Positions 38,748 to 48,515 of a stretch of 64,000 nt of DNA are shown piece by piece. The DNA is from a virus (Duplodnaviria; Heunggongvirae; Uroviricota; Caudoviricetes): IMG/VR virus record IMGVR_UViG_3300034283_001314; one strand, given 5' to 3'. The first letter of the stretch is position 1; the number at the start of each line of letters is the position of its first letter. Made by a program: the position numbers and the translations under genes. A model generated the notes under the pieces. The model saw nothing but the letters and a program-made list of their open reading frames with translations. It did no database searches and was not told where the DNA came from.

Positions 38748-38756
38748 ATATTTATA
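38748..38756 (+). promoter_or_regulatory. Putative late promoter motif for the sheath gene
   Basis: ATATTTATA; TAAGGAG SD at 38780-38786. Confidence 0.55.
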
Positions 38757-38796
38757 TTAGAATATTATAACATAATTTATAAGGAGAAACAATAAA

Positions 38797-41052
38797 ATGG
38801 CTGAAAAATTAGTATCACCTGGTGTGTTTACAAGAGAAAACGATTTATCATTCATAGCACAAGGAGTTGGAGCTATTGGTGGAGCAATCGTAGGACCTTT
38901 CAAACAAGGACCAGCGTTTAAACCAACAATCATCACATCACCTTCAGAGTTAGAAGACATCTTTGGTGCAGCTGATGGTACATATTACACAGAATTAACC
39001 GCTCAAAACTATTTAAGAGAGACTGGTTTAGTAACTATTTGTAGAGTAGCAGGTATCGGTGGTTATACTGAAACAGCTCCTATTATATTAACAGCAACAA
39101 GTGGTGCAGTATCTGCATCAATTGGTATTGTATTTAATGCAAGTAGTGCTTCTAATGCAGGATTTACCGGAACAGTATTAACAACAAATACTAGTGGTGA
39201 TTTCTTCATTTCAGGTTCAATTATCGGACAATATAGTGCATCAGTTGATCCAGCGGATAATATGGATATAGAAGATGTATTCGGAACATCACCATTCGGT
39301 TCTAAAAAAGCATATGTATATGGTTTATTTAAGAATCATGGTATTACATTTGATGCAAATACAACTGTAACAGCATCAGTAATTGCAAATCAAGACTTTA
39401 CAAATGATGCAACTTACGCTTCTACACCATGGATTCAATCTCAATTGATTGGTGATAGTAGATTTAATTTAGTTAAGTTTCATACTTTAGCTGATGGTAA
39501 TGTAGAAAATACAAGATTTAAAATTACAATTAGTAATGTTAAAGCAGCTGGTGATATCAATGGTTCTGATTTCGGAACATTCACCGTAGTTGTAAGAGAT
39601 TTTAACGATACAGATAAAAGAAAAACAATTTTAGAGCAATTTAATAATGTAAATTTAGATCCATCATCAACTAATTTTATTGGTAGAGTAATCGGTGATA
39701 GTTATACAACAATTGCATCTGATGGAAAGGTAACACAATTAGGTGATTGGGCAAATAAATCTAAATATGTAAGAGTAGAAGTTGATGGAGCAGCTCCAAT
39801 TGTAGCAGTTCCATTCGGACATGATGCTTATACATTACCAATTGCAACAACAAGTACAATTTCTAATAGAATTCCAGCAGTTACTTATACAACAGCTTCA
39901 TTGAGTTCTTCAGTATATGCAAGTGGTATTGATTTAGAAGGAAATACTGATAATAGTATTTATTTAAAACCATTACCTGAAAGTGCTTTGACTGGTGCAA
40001 ATGTTGCATTCGGTTTAGATTCACAAGTTGGTTTATCATTAACATCTTTAGCAAGTGCAGCTCAAATTTCTTATAGAACATTTACGGTAGCATTTCAAGG
40101 TGGATTTGATGGTATGAGTGCAGCAACACCAATTTATAAAGGTGCAGATATTAGTTCAACAAATGTTCAAGGATTTAACTTATCAACTTCTGCAGCAAGT
40201 GGTTCAATAGCATACAAAAAATGTTTAGATGCATTATCAAACACAGATGAGTATGATATTAACTTATTAGTATTACCGGGTGTTAATCATAACAATCACT
40301 CAGCGATAACACAATACGCAATGGATATTTGTGAAAATAGAGCAGATACTTTTTATATTATGGATCCTGCAGGACAAGAAGCATCAATTGGTGATGTAAC
40401 AGCAGTTGCAGAATCATTAGATACTAACTATGCAGCAGTTTACTATCCTTGGTTAAAAACAATCGATACTAATACTGGTAGATTAATTACAGTTCCACCT
40501 TCAGTTTTATTACCTAGAGTTTATGCAGCAAATGATGCAACAGCAGCAGAGTGGTTCGCACCAGCTGGTTTGAATAGAGGTGGTGTAATTGGTGCAGCAG
40601 CTGTATTAAATAGATTAACACACGCTGAAAGAGATGAATTATACGAAGCAAAAGTAAATCCAATCGCACAATTTCCTGGACAAGGTATTAGTGCATTCGG
40701 ACAAAAAACTTTACAGAGTAGACCATCTGCATTAGATAGAATCAACGTAAGAAGATTGTTAATCACAGTTAAGAAGTTTATCGCATCTACATCTCGTTTC
40801 TTAATATTTGAACAAAATACTACTGATACAAGAAATAGCTTCTTAAACACAGTTAACCCTTATTTAGAATCTATTCAACAAAGACAAGGTTTATACGCTT
40901 TCAGAGTTGTAATGGATGATACAAACAACACTCCAGATGTAATTGATAGAAACATATTAAAAGGTGCTATCTTCTTACAACCAACTAAAACTGCAGAATT
41001 CATTCAAATTGATTTCAATGTTTTACCAACTGGGGCAAGTTTTAACGCATAA
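38797..41052 (+). CDS. gp18: Tail sheath protein (gp18-like)
   Basis: SPGVFTRENDLS, WFAPAGLNRG, GQKTLQ..SALDRINVRRL, LQPTKTAEFI. Confidence 0.96.
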   Translation: MAEKLVSPGVFTRENDLSFIAQGVGAIGGAIVGPFKQGPAFKPTIITSPSELEDIFGAADGTYYTELTAQNYLRETGLVTICRVAGIGGYTETAPIILTATSGAVSASIGIVFNASSASNAGFTGTVLTTNTSGDFFISGSIIGQYSASVDPADNMDIEDVFGTSPFGSKKAYVYGLFKNHGITFDANTTVTASVIANQDFTNDATYASTPWIQSQLIGDSRFNLVKFHTLADGNVENTRFKITISNVKAAGDINGSDFGTFTVVVRDFNDTDKRKTILEQFNNVNLDPSSTNFIGRVIGDSYTTIASDGKVTQLGDWANKSKYVRVEVDGAAPIVAVPFGHDAYTLPIATTSTISNRIPAVTYTTASLSSSVYASGIDLEGNTDNSIYLKPLPESALTGANVAFGLDSQVGLSLTSLASAAQISYRTFTVAFQGGFDGMSAATPIYKGADISSTNVQGFNLSTSAASGSIAYKKCLDALSNTDEYDINLLVLPGVNHNNHSAITQYAMDICENRADTFYIMDPAGQEASIGDVTAVAESLDTNYAAVYYPWLKTIDTNTGRLITVPPSVLLPRVYAANDATAAEWFAPAGLNRGGVIGAAAVLNRLTHAERDELYEAKVNPIAQFPGQGISAFGQKTLQSRPSALDRINVRRLLITVKKFIASTSRFLIFEQNTTDTRNSFLNTVNPYLESIQQRQGLYAFRVVMDDTNNTPDVIDRNILKGAIFLQPTKTAEFIQIDFNVLPTGASFNA

Positions 41053-41095
41053 TTAAAAAAAGATATACTTATAATAAGTAAAGGAGAAATAAACA

Positions 41096-41584
41096 ATGGC
41101 TGACGTATTATCATTTGATAAGATATTCTATACAAACTTTGAACCTAAGTTACAAAACCGTTTTATTATGGAAATCGATGGTATTCCATCTTTCATGGTA
41201 AAATCGGCAAACAGACCAAAGATTGAAAGTGAAGTAGTAGAATTAGATCATATCAACTTAAAGAGAAAAATTAAGGGTAAATCTAATTGGACTGACATTA
41301 CAATCACTATGTACGATCCAATTGTACCGAGTGGTGCACAATCAGTAATGGAGTGGATTAGAACATCACATGAATCTATTACTGGTAGAGATGGATACGC
41401 AGATTTCTATAAAAAGAATATTGATTTCTACGCTTTAGGACCTGTGGGTGATAAAGTTGAACAATGGAAATTAGTAGGTGCGTTTATTAGTAATGCAGAG
41501 TTTGGTGATTTTAACTGGAATACGAGTGATCCGGTAGAAATTACATTAACAATTACTTACGATTACGCAATCTTAGAATTCTAA
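41096..41584 (+). CDS. gp19: Tail tube protein (gp19-like)
   Basis: FEPKLQNRF, W.DITITMYDP, W.LVGAF, LTITYDY; follows the sheath. Confidence 0.92.
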   Translation: MADVLSFDKIFYTNFEPKLQNRFIMEIDGIPSFMVKSANRPKIESEVVELDHINLKRKIKGKSNWTDITITMYDPIVPSGAQSVMEWIRTSHESITGRDGYADFYKKNIDFYALGPVGDKVEQWKLVGAFISNAEFGDFNWNTSDPVEITLTITYDYAILEF

Positions 41585-41605
41585 TCTAAAGAAAGATATA
41601 AAAAG

Positions 41606-41636
41606 AAAAGGGAGACATTATTTGTTTCCCTTTTTT
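41606..41636 (+). terminator. Rho-independent terminator
   Basis: AAAAGGGAGACA/TGTTTCCCTTTT followed by T run. Confidence 0.85.
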
Positions 41637-41672
41637 ATTTTCATTATATTTATATATACAAATATATAAGTT

Positions 41673-42074
41673 ATGACATCAAAAGAATTCGTTATTTGGT
41701 TAAAAGGATTTACAGAAGGAGTGCATGAATTTAATATCACTCCAAAGCAATGGGATTTATTAAAAGAAAAATTAGCAGAAGTAAAGGATGATAGTACATT
41801 ATCATCATTTCCATTTGGAGTTCCAAATACTGCACCAATACAAACATTACCACATATTACACCAGCTCCAACAAATCCATATAGACCGTATGAAATTTAT
41901 TGTGGAGATACTAATGGTACAACAATTACAACAACACCTGGGAGTGGTTCTATAACAATAGCTAATCCACCATTTGGATTTGGAACAACATCAACTGCCT
42001 ATGGGTATCCTAGTGGTAGTACGTGGAGTTATACAACTACACAAACAGATGATGATTTAAAACCAAAAAAATAA
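41673..42074 (+). CDS. Hypothetical protein, Pro/Thr-rich
   Basis: 133 aa; own ATATTTATA motif at 41646. Confidence 0.6.
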   Translation: MTSKEFVIWLKGFTEGVHEFNITPKQWDLLKEKLAEVKDDSTLSSFPFGVPNTAPIQTLPHITPAPTNPYRPYEIYCGDTNGTTITTTPGSGSITIANPPFGFGTTSTAYGYPSGSTWSYTTTQTDDDLKPKK

Positions 42075-42108
42075 AAAATAAATAGTTATATAAAACAAAG
42101 AAGTTATT

Positions 42109-42930
42109 ATGGAAGAAAACATACAAATACAAAGAGGTGGAACACCAACTACACCACCACAAATTCAACACAAAGGATTTGATTTCCCAACACAGGTAAT
42201 ATCTCTACCATCAGAAGGTAAGGTATATCCACAATCAAACCCATTAAGTAGTGGTAAAGTTGAAATTAAATATTTAACTGCAAAAGAAGAGGATATTTTA
42301 GCTGATAGAAACCTTATTAATAAAGGGATTGTATTAGATAAGTTATTAGAATCAATTGTAGTTCAACAAGGTGTAAATTCGGATGATTTAGTTGTTGGTG
42401 ATAAAAACGCAATATACTTAGCTGCTAGAGTTTTAGGATATGGTCCTGGATATGATGTTGAAATTACAGATCCTTTTAGTGGTGAAAGACAAAAAGTTAC
42501 AATTGATTTAACAGCTGTTCAAACTAAAGATATTGATTTTTCATTACTAAGTCCTGAAAATAGATATTCATTTGAATTACCATCAGGAACTAAAATTGTG
42601 TTTAAGTTACTTACTCACAAAGATGAAAAAGATATTAATAATGAAATCAAAGCATTAGAAAGATTAACGAAAGGAAAGGCAGTATCATCAGAAGTTACAA
42701 CAAGATTGAAATATATGATTGTTTCTGTTAATGATAATTCTGATAGAGGATATGTAAACGGATGGGTATCAAACCAATTCTTAGCAAAAGATGTAAAAGC
42801 ATTCAGAAGTTACATTAAAGAGATATCACCGGATTTAGATATGAAATTTGAATTCACATCAGACATAACGGGTGAAACGGAGGCACTTGATATTCCTTTT
42901 GGAATCGACTTTTTTTACCCTTCCAACTGA
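42109..42930 (+). CDS. Baseplate hub/tail assembly chaperone (T4 gp26-like)
   Basis: LPSEGKVY, YLTAKEEDIL, L.VGDKNAI..AAR..GYG; ends GIDFFYP. Confidence 0.8.
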   Translation: MEENIQIQRGGTPTTPPQIQHKGFDFPTQVISLPSEGKVYPQSNPLSSGKVEIKYLTAKEEDILADRNLINKGIVLDKLLESIVVQQGVNSDDLVVGDKNAIYLAARVLGYGPGYDVEITDPFSGERQKVTIDLTAVQTKDIDFSLLSPENRYSFELPSGTKIVFKLLTHKDEKDINNEIKALERLTKGKAVSSEVTTRLKYMIVSVNDNSDRGYVNGWVSNQFLAKDVKAFRSYIKEISPDLDMKFEFTSDITGETEALDIPFGIDFFYPSN

Positions 42931-43117
42931 TTATAAGAAACAATTATACGATGAAATTTTCTTTTTGGTATTTCAAGGTGGTGGAGGATTTACGTTCTCT
43001 GATGTTTGGTGTTTACCGATTCATATTAGAAGGATGTACGCAAATCAATTATATGAGATAAAGAAAAAAGAAAACGAAGAAATTAATAAAGCAAATAGTA
43101 AAGTTAGGAGACGATAA
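42872..43117 (+). CDS. gp51-like chaperone extension, probably expressed by frameshift from 42109
   Basis: Overlaps in the +1 frame across a T7 run (42910-42916); F.FSDVWCLPIHIRRMY motif; terminator directly after. Confidence 0.6.
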   Translation: MKRRHLIFLLESTFFTLPTDYKKQLYDEIFFLVFQGGGGFTFSDVWCLPIHIRRMYANQLYEIKKKENEEINKANSKVRRR

Positions 43118-43131
43118 ACTCCTAACTTTTT
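43100..43131 (+). terminator. Rho-independent terminator
   Basis: AAAGTTAGGAG/CTCCTAACTTT followed by TT. Confidence 0.8.
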
Positions 43132-43157
43132 GTTTTATATGATATTTATATAAAATC

Positions 43158-43373
43158 ATGTATATGGCTAAACAATACGAAAAACTAAATGAAGGAATTT
43201 TAACTTCATTAGTTGATAATTTTTTCAAATCTTTACAAAAAGGTGCAACTGATGCATTTTTATCTAAGGTTAAAAAAGCAGATGTTCATCCTGAAGTACT
43301 TGCTAGTATGAAAAAGGTAGCAAATGAAACTGAGGAACTTAATAAAAAATTAAGAAAATATCATTTATTATAA
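43158..43373 (+). CDS. Small hypothetical protein
   Basis: 71 aa after the late motif at 43142; contains an LNE site. Confidence 0.55.
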   Translation: MYMAKQYEKLNEGILTSLVDNFFKSLQKGATDAFLSKVKKADVHPEVLASMKKVANETEELNKKLRKYHLL

Positions 43374-43377
43374 CTAA

Positions 43378-45993
43378 ATGGCAAAAAGCACCTCTAATAC
43401 ATCTGGATTTTTACCAAACGAAGATGCGGTAAAAAGAATTAAAAATCTGTTAGAAGATATTTACAAATTAGAAAAAAATCTAACTAAAGAAGATACTGTC
43501 CAAAAAGAAATAATTGAAGAAAAACAAAAAAAATTAGCTGCATTACGAAAAGATTTAATTGCAAATAGAGGCATTGTAAAAAGTACAAATGTTTTAGAAG
43601 AACAACGATTGGAATCAATTGAAAGTTTATCTGCTAAAATAAAGGAAATGCCTAAAATATATGATGATTTTTCAAAAAAATTAAAAACATCAACATCGTT
43701 TGTAAACAAATTTTCAGAATATGCAAAAGATATTAATCATCAGTTTGGACAAGATGCATTTAATAATGCATCCAAATCATTACAAACAGGTGTATCATTA
43801 ATTTCAGATATGGCATTATTGAGTAAAGAAGATACCGATGCAATTATTAAAAAGAATTTTGAAATTGATAATAGTATAAAAGCAATAGAAAAAGAAAAAG
43901 AACAACTTGCATATGCCGGTATGTTAACAACTGAGATGGCCAATAAATTTGATGAAGCTACTGGTTTTTTAAATAATATGAGAGTTGAGGCAGGTAAATT
44001 TGCAGCACAATCAAAAGAATTTAAAGAATTATATGGAACATTAGTTGATGATTTAGATGGTACAAATAAGGCATTCAAAAAAATAACAACAACTATTGAA
44101 TTAATGTTAAGTAATGGTAGAGTAGCAGCCGCTGCTTTATTATATGGTATTGGTAAAATCGTAGATGAATTTGGAGAATTAGGAAAAGAAATTGGAGTAG
44201 GTGTTACTCAAATGATAGGGTTAAAACTTCAGGCACTTACATTTAGTAAAATATTTGGTGAAACTTCAAAAGATGCAGTATTAGAATTACAGGCAGCATT
44301 AGGTGATACGAGAGCTACAACATTTGGATTAAATTTAGATGCAGCAACTTTAGCAGCAAACTATAAATTAACCGGAGATCAGGCGGCATATATAGCAACT
44401 GCATTTGGTAAAGTGAGTGGAAATAGTGATGAGGTTGGTAAAAATACATTAGCATTTACAAAACAATTAGCACTAAGTAATGGTATAATGCCAACTAGAG
44501 CATTTGAGGATATTGCTAATAGTAGTGAATTTGTTGCAAAATTTACAAATGAAAGTGGTAAAAATATTGGAACAGCAGCGGTAGCAGCAGGTAAATTGGG
44601 TGTAAACCTTAAAACAGCATCAACTATTGCAAATCATTTATTAGATTATCAAACATCAGTTGATAAAGAAATGGAAGCTAGTGTATTGTTAGGTAGAGAA
44701 TTTAACCTACAAAAAGCTAGACAATTGGCATATGAAGGTGATATAGCAGGTTCAATGAAAGAAGCTTTAAATGCGGCAGGTGGTATAGATGAATTTATGA
44801 GTTTAGACCCAATCAGAAGGCAAGCTGTTGCAGATGCATTGGGTGTATCAGTAAATGAACTTCAAAAAATGGCATCACAACAAAAGGATTTAAATGGAAT
44901 GAATGGTGTGGGTGCACAAATATATAGTAGAATAGAAGAAACATTACAGGCATTAGGTAACTCATTAGGTGGAAAAATATTTAATGGTTTGGCAGCATTT
45001 GTAATGTTTGCAGGTCAATTAAATATGGCACTTATGGGCCCAAATAATATTTTAAAAAATATGGTTATGGGAATATGGAATGGTGTAAAGGCAATGGGTT
45101 CATTTATAGTTCAGTTAGGAAAAGCAGCTGCAATGAAAATGGGATTGATGGGTCCTGAAATGGTAATGAGTAAGGCAGGTGATATGTATAGAGCAGATTC
45201 ACCACAAGGTAAAGTAATTAAAACAGCAGCCAAAGAAAGAGCAAAAAAGGCAGCAATTACATCCGTAGCAGATAATATTACACCACCCTCAAAACCAATT
45301 CCAACACCAACAGCTGGCAAAGCAGTAGGTACAACAAATTCATTAGGTGGAATAAATACTACTGGATTATTAAAAGGTGCAGCTGCAATATTAATAATGG
45401 CTGGAGCATTATATGTTTTAGGAGCAGCATTACAACAATTTAATTTAGTAGAACCTTCTTCATTATTAAAAATGGCAGGTGCATTAATAATTGTAGGAGC
45501 AGCAATGGTAGGATTATCCGCTATATTTGCAAACCCAATATTAGCGGCAGGTTTAGGTATCGCTACATTAGGAATATTAGGATTTGGTGCGGCAATTTAT
45601 ATGGTAGGTGGTGGTATAAAATTATTTAGTGAAGGAGTATCTATATTATCAGCGGCATTACCTATGTTAGCAACTAATTTAGCACCTTTAGTTTCTATGA
45701 TATTACCTATATTTGGATTAGCAGCGGCAATAACGGCATTGAGTATATCATTAGCAGCGTTATCGGTAAGTGGAACATTGGCACTTCCTGTATTAGCAGC
45801 AGTAGGATTAGCAGCAGGTGCAGCAACGGCAATATTCGGTAGTGAAAATGGTGGTGGTAATAATAACTCAGAACTATTAGCAGAAATAAAAGCATTAAGA
45901 GCAGATTTAAATAGTGGAAAAGTAGCAGTGAATATGGATGGTAAAAAAGTAAATACAGCATTGGCAATCAACAATAGAAGACAGGTAATGTAA
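43378..45993 (+). CDS. Tape measure protein
   Basis: 871 aa helical and Ala-rich, hydrophobic C-terminal segments, VNMDGKKV end; follows the chaperones. Confidence 0.85.
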   Translation: MAKSTSNTSGFLPNEDAVKRIKNLLEDIYKLEKNLTKEDTVQKEIIEEKQKKLAALRKDLIANRGIVKSTNVLEEQRLESIESLSAKIKEMPKIYDDFSKKLKTSTSFVNKFSEYAKDINHQFGQDAFNNASKSLQTGVSLISDMALLSKEDTDAIIKKNFEIDNSIKAIEKEKEQLAYAGMLTTEMANKFDEATGFLNNMRVEAGKFAAQSKEFKELYGTLVDDLDGTNKAFKKITTTIELMLSNGRVAAAALLYGIGKIVDEFGELGKEIGVGVTQMIGLKLQALTFSKIFGETSKDAVLELQAALGDTRATTFGLNLDAATLAANYKLTGDQAAYIATAFGKVSGNSDEVGKNTLAFTKQLALSNGIMPTRAFEDIANSSEFVAKFTNESGKNIGTAAVAAGKLGVNLKTASTIANHLLDYQTSVDKEMEASVLLGREFNLQKARQLAYEGDIAGSMKEALNAAGGIDEFMSLDPIRRQAVADALGVSVNELQKMASQQKDLNGMNGVGAQIYSRIEETLQALGNSLGGKIFNGLAAFVMFAGQLNMALMGPNNILKNMVMGIWNGVKAMGSFIVQLGKAAAMKMGLMGPEMVMSKAGDMYRADSPQGKVIKTAAKERAKKAAITSVADNITPPSKPIPTPTAGKAVGTTNSLGGINTTGLLKGAAAILIMAGALYVLGAALQQFNLVEPSSLLKMAGALIIVGAAMVGLSAIFANPILAAGLGIATLGILGFGAAIYMVGGGIKLFSEGVSILSAALPMLATNLAPLVSMILPIFGLAAAITALSISLAALSVSGTLALPVLAAVGLAAGAATAIFGSENGGGNNNSELLAEIKALRADLNSGKVAVNMDGKKVNTALAINNRRQVM

Positions 45994-45994
45994 C

Positions 45995-48202
45995 ATGGGA
46001 AAATCTTTATTAGAATTATTAGGAGAAAGAAACGCTAGTACACCGGAAATTGTAAAACCTAAACCTGTCATTCCTTCAGTATTTGGTGATGTTATAAAAA
46101 AATATGCTGGAGATGAAATTTATACAAGAGAGGAAAAAAATGCAGCTCAAACTATAAATTTTATAAAGAATGTTCCAAAAATTTATGGATTAGATGCAAA
46201 ACGAATTTTATTACAAAGAGACCCGCATGCAGATAAAGTATTAATTAAAAAAGCGGCCGGTGCAGTGGGTGGTTTATTAGGACCTATTGGAGCAGGTGTT
46301 GGTAATTTTTTAGCAGATTTTAATCCAAAATATCCTGATGATTTTTTAGAAGGAGAAGCAACTGAACTTAAATTTAGTTTGTATTCTAAATTAATTAGTA
46401 GTGATTATGCTGGTGGTAAATATTATAATGGTGGTGTAAAAAATAAAAAATCTAAATTAGGTTCGTTTTTACAAGGAAATAGAACACCACAACAAATAAA
46501 AGATAATGCAGTAGCAGCAGCTAAAACAATGATAATTGGAGCAGCTATTGCAGGTGCTAAATCTTTATTAACGAGGAAAAAAAGGAGAAAGGACCCATCA
46601 AAAAGACCACCACCACCTGAGCCATTTTTTCCATCTACATTTGTATTAAATTCTAGTCCTAATGACGGTGAATTAGTTGCATTTAATCAATCACAACAAA
46701 GAAGAAATCGACAATTTCCTTTTAAATTTGGAAAAGAATTAGGTGTAACTAGTACAATAGTAATAGAGGCAGTAGATAGCGAGAAAAGAAAAGATGAATT
46801 AGCTAGTTTAAATACGTTATATTCAGATCATTTTAATAAAAATTTAGATGTAAATAAAGATACAGATACTTTTTTGATGTATGATGCTAGTGCATATTAT
46901 TCAGCATTACATTGGAGAGGACGTAAGAATAAATTCGGAGGTACAGTAGATCCATACGAAAGAATAGGTACTTATAGTAAAGATGTATTAAGAATATTCG
47001 AAGCATCAAAAACAAATCCACAAACAGGTGAATTTACACCAGAAGAATGGACAAGATATGATACTATTAAACAATATGAAGATGCTAATCCTATTTGGGA
47101 TAATATAATTCCTGATACTGGTTTATTACGATTTGGAACACAAAATGTAAGTAGTTTAGAATTAGGTGGACAAATTAATTTAGAAACAAATAATTTAAGT
47201 AATTGGTTGAGTTATTGGCCAATTGGTGGTAGTGGTAGTGTAGATTATTCTAAATATTGGATTAAACCAGTTAGATGGAATAGTAAAGAAGCTAAATATA
47301 GTGATCAGGTTAATGGTAATAATCTTAATAAAATCTTAGACCAGGATTATTATTTTGTTTCAGGTTCATTCCAAGCACAATCAAATACATTTGATAAAAA
47401 ATATAATCCATATTTACAACAAAAAAGAGATGTTTTAGATACATCAAAATTTGGTGGTTCTAAAAATGATAAAGCAACTGATAGAATTAAATTTAAAATA
47501 GGTGGTGTATTATTAATCGGAACACTAACGGGTTTAACAGATGCAACTACACCAAATTGGAGCTCTATAAAAGGAGTTGGTAGTGGATTCCATTTTTATG
47601 GATACGATAATTGGGAAAGAGAAATTAGTTTTAGAATAAGATTATATGCAGAATCCGAAAGTGATTTAAAAAATATATGGACAAAGGCAAATATAATAAA
47701 AGGATATACACTTCCAATTTCACGAAAGAATTTAGGTGTATTTGGTAACATTATTAAATTACAAATTGGTGATTTAATAAATGAAGATTATGGATTTTTA
47801 ACACAATGTGAAATGAATGTATTAGATGAATCACCTTGGGAAATCACAAATGGTTTACAAAAACCATTTATATTTGATATAAATATTGCATATAAGGTAG
47901 TAAAGAATAAGGATGTTTTCCCACATTATCCGGTTCAACAAAAAGATTTAAAAGCATACGAAATCCAAACAAAACCAGAAACAGCGCAACCAGTTGTTAT
48001 TGGTGCACCACCTCAATTTGAAAAAACACAAACAGATGATCAATTAGATAGTTCACAATTACGTTCAACTGATACATCACCAATATTTAGAACTCGAGGA
48101 ATACCAAGTGCACCAAATGTTCAACCAACTACTTTAGGTGGAACTACGAGAGTAGAACCAGATTCAATGCAGGCTTGGACTAGAGCAAGAAGTGTTGATT
48201 AA
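45995..48202 (+). CDS. Baseplate/tube-initiator-like protein
   Basis: C-terminal LTGLTD..PNW..G..Y..WEREISF tube-like domain; follows the tape measure gene. Confidence 0.55.
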   Translation: MGKSLLELLGERNASTPEIVKPKPVIPSVFGDVIKKYAGDEIYTREEKNAAQTINFIKNVPKIYGLDAKRILLQRDPHADKVLIKKAAGAVGGLLGPIGAGVGNFLADFNPKYPDDFLEGEATELKFSLYSKLISSDYAGGKYYNGGVKNKKSKLGSFLQGNRTPQQIKDNAVAAAKTMIIGAAIAGAKSLLTRKKRRKDPSKRPPPPEPFFPSTFVLNSSPNDGELVAFNQSQQRRNRQFPFKFGKELGVTSTIVIEAVDSEKRKDELASLNTLYSDHFNKNLDVNKDTDTFLMYDASAYYSALHWRGRKNKFGGTVDPYERIGTYSKDVLRIFEASKTNPQTGEFTPEEWTRYDTIKQYEDANPIWDNIIPDTGLLRFGTQNVSSLELGGQINLETNNLSNWLSYWPIGGSGSVDYSKYWIKPVRWNSKEAKYSDQVNGNNLNKILDQDYYFVSGSFQAQSNTFDKKYNPYLQQKRDVLDTSKFGGSKNDKATDRIKFKIGGVLLIGTLTGLTDATTPNWSSIKGVGSGFHFYGYDNWEREISFRIRLYAESESDLKNIWTKANIIKGYTLPISRKNLGVFGNIIKLQIGDLINEDYGFLTQCEMNVLDESPWEITNGLQKPFIFDINIAYKVVKNKDVFPHYPVQQKDLKAYEIQTKPETAQPVVIGAPPQFEKTQTDDQLDSSQLRSTDTSPIFRTRGIPSAPNVQPTTLGGTTRVEPDSMQAWTRARSVD

Positions 48203-48218
48203 TAATTAAAGATAAGAT

Positions 48219-48500
48219 ATGAGATACGATAAGTTAGAAATAGAAAACAAAAAAGGCAAAGGTAATGTATATGTACCCCAAGCGTTACCATATATTCCAC
48301 CGAGTGATGGTGATATTTTAATTTATACAACAGCGGAAGATAGATTAGATTTATTAGCATTATCATATTATAATGACTCAAATCTATGGTGGGTAATTGC
48401 AATGGCTAATAATTTAACTGATATTGATTTAAAACTTAATCCAGGAACTCAACTTAGAATTCCAATGAGAGCAAGTGAAATAACACAATATTTAGGATAA
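48219..48500 (+). CDS. LysM-like baseplate protein (gp53/gpX-like)
   Basis: DRLDLLA..YY.D..LWWVIAMAN..PGTQLRIP. Confidence 0.85.
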   Translation: MRYDKLEIENKKGKGNVYVPQALPYIPPSDGDILIYTTAEDRLDLLALSYYNDSNLWWVIAMANNLTDIDLKLNPGTQLRIPMRASEITQYLG

Positions 48501-48515
48501 TAAAAAAATAAAGTT

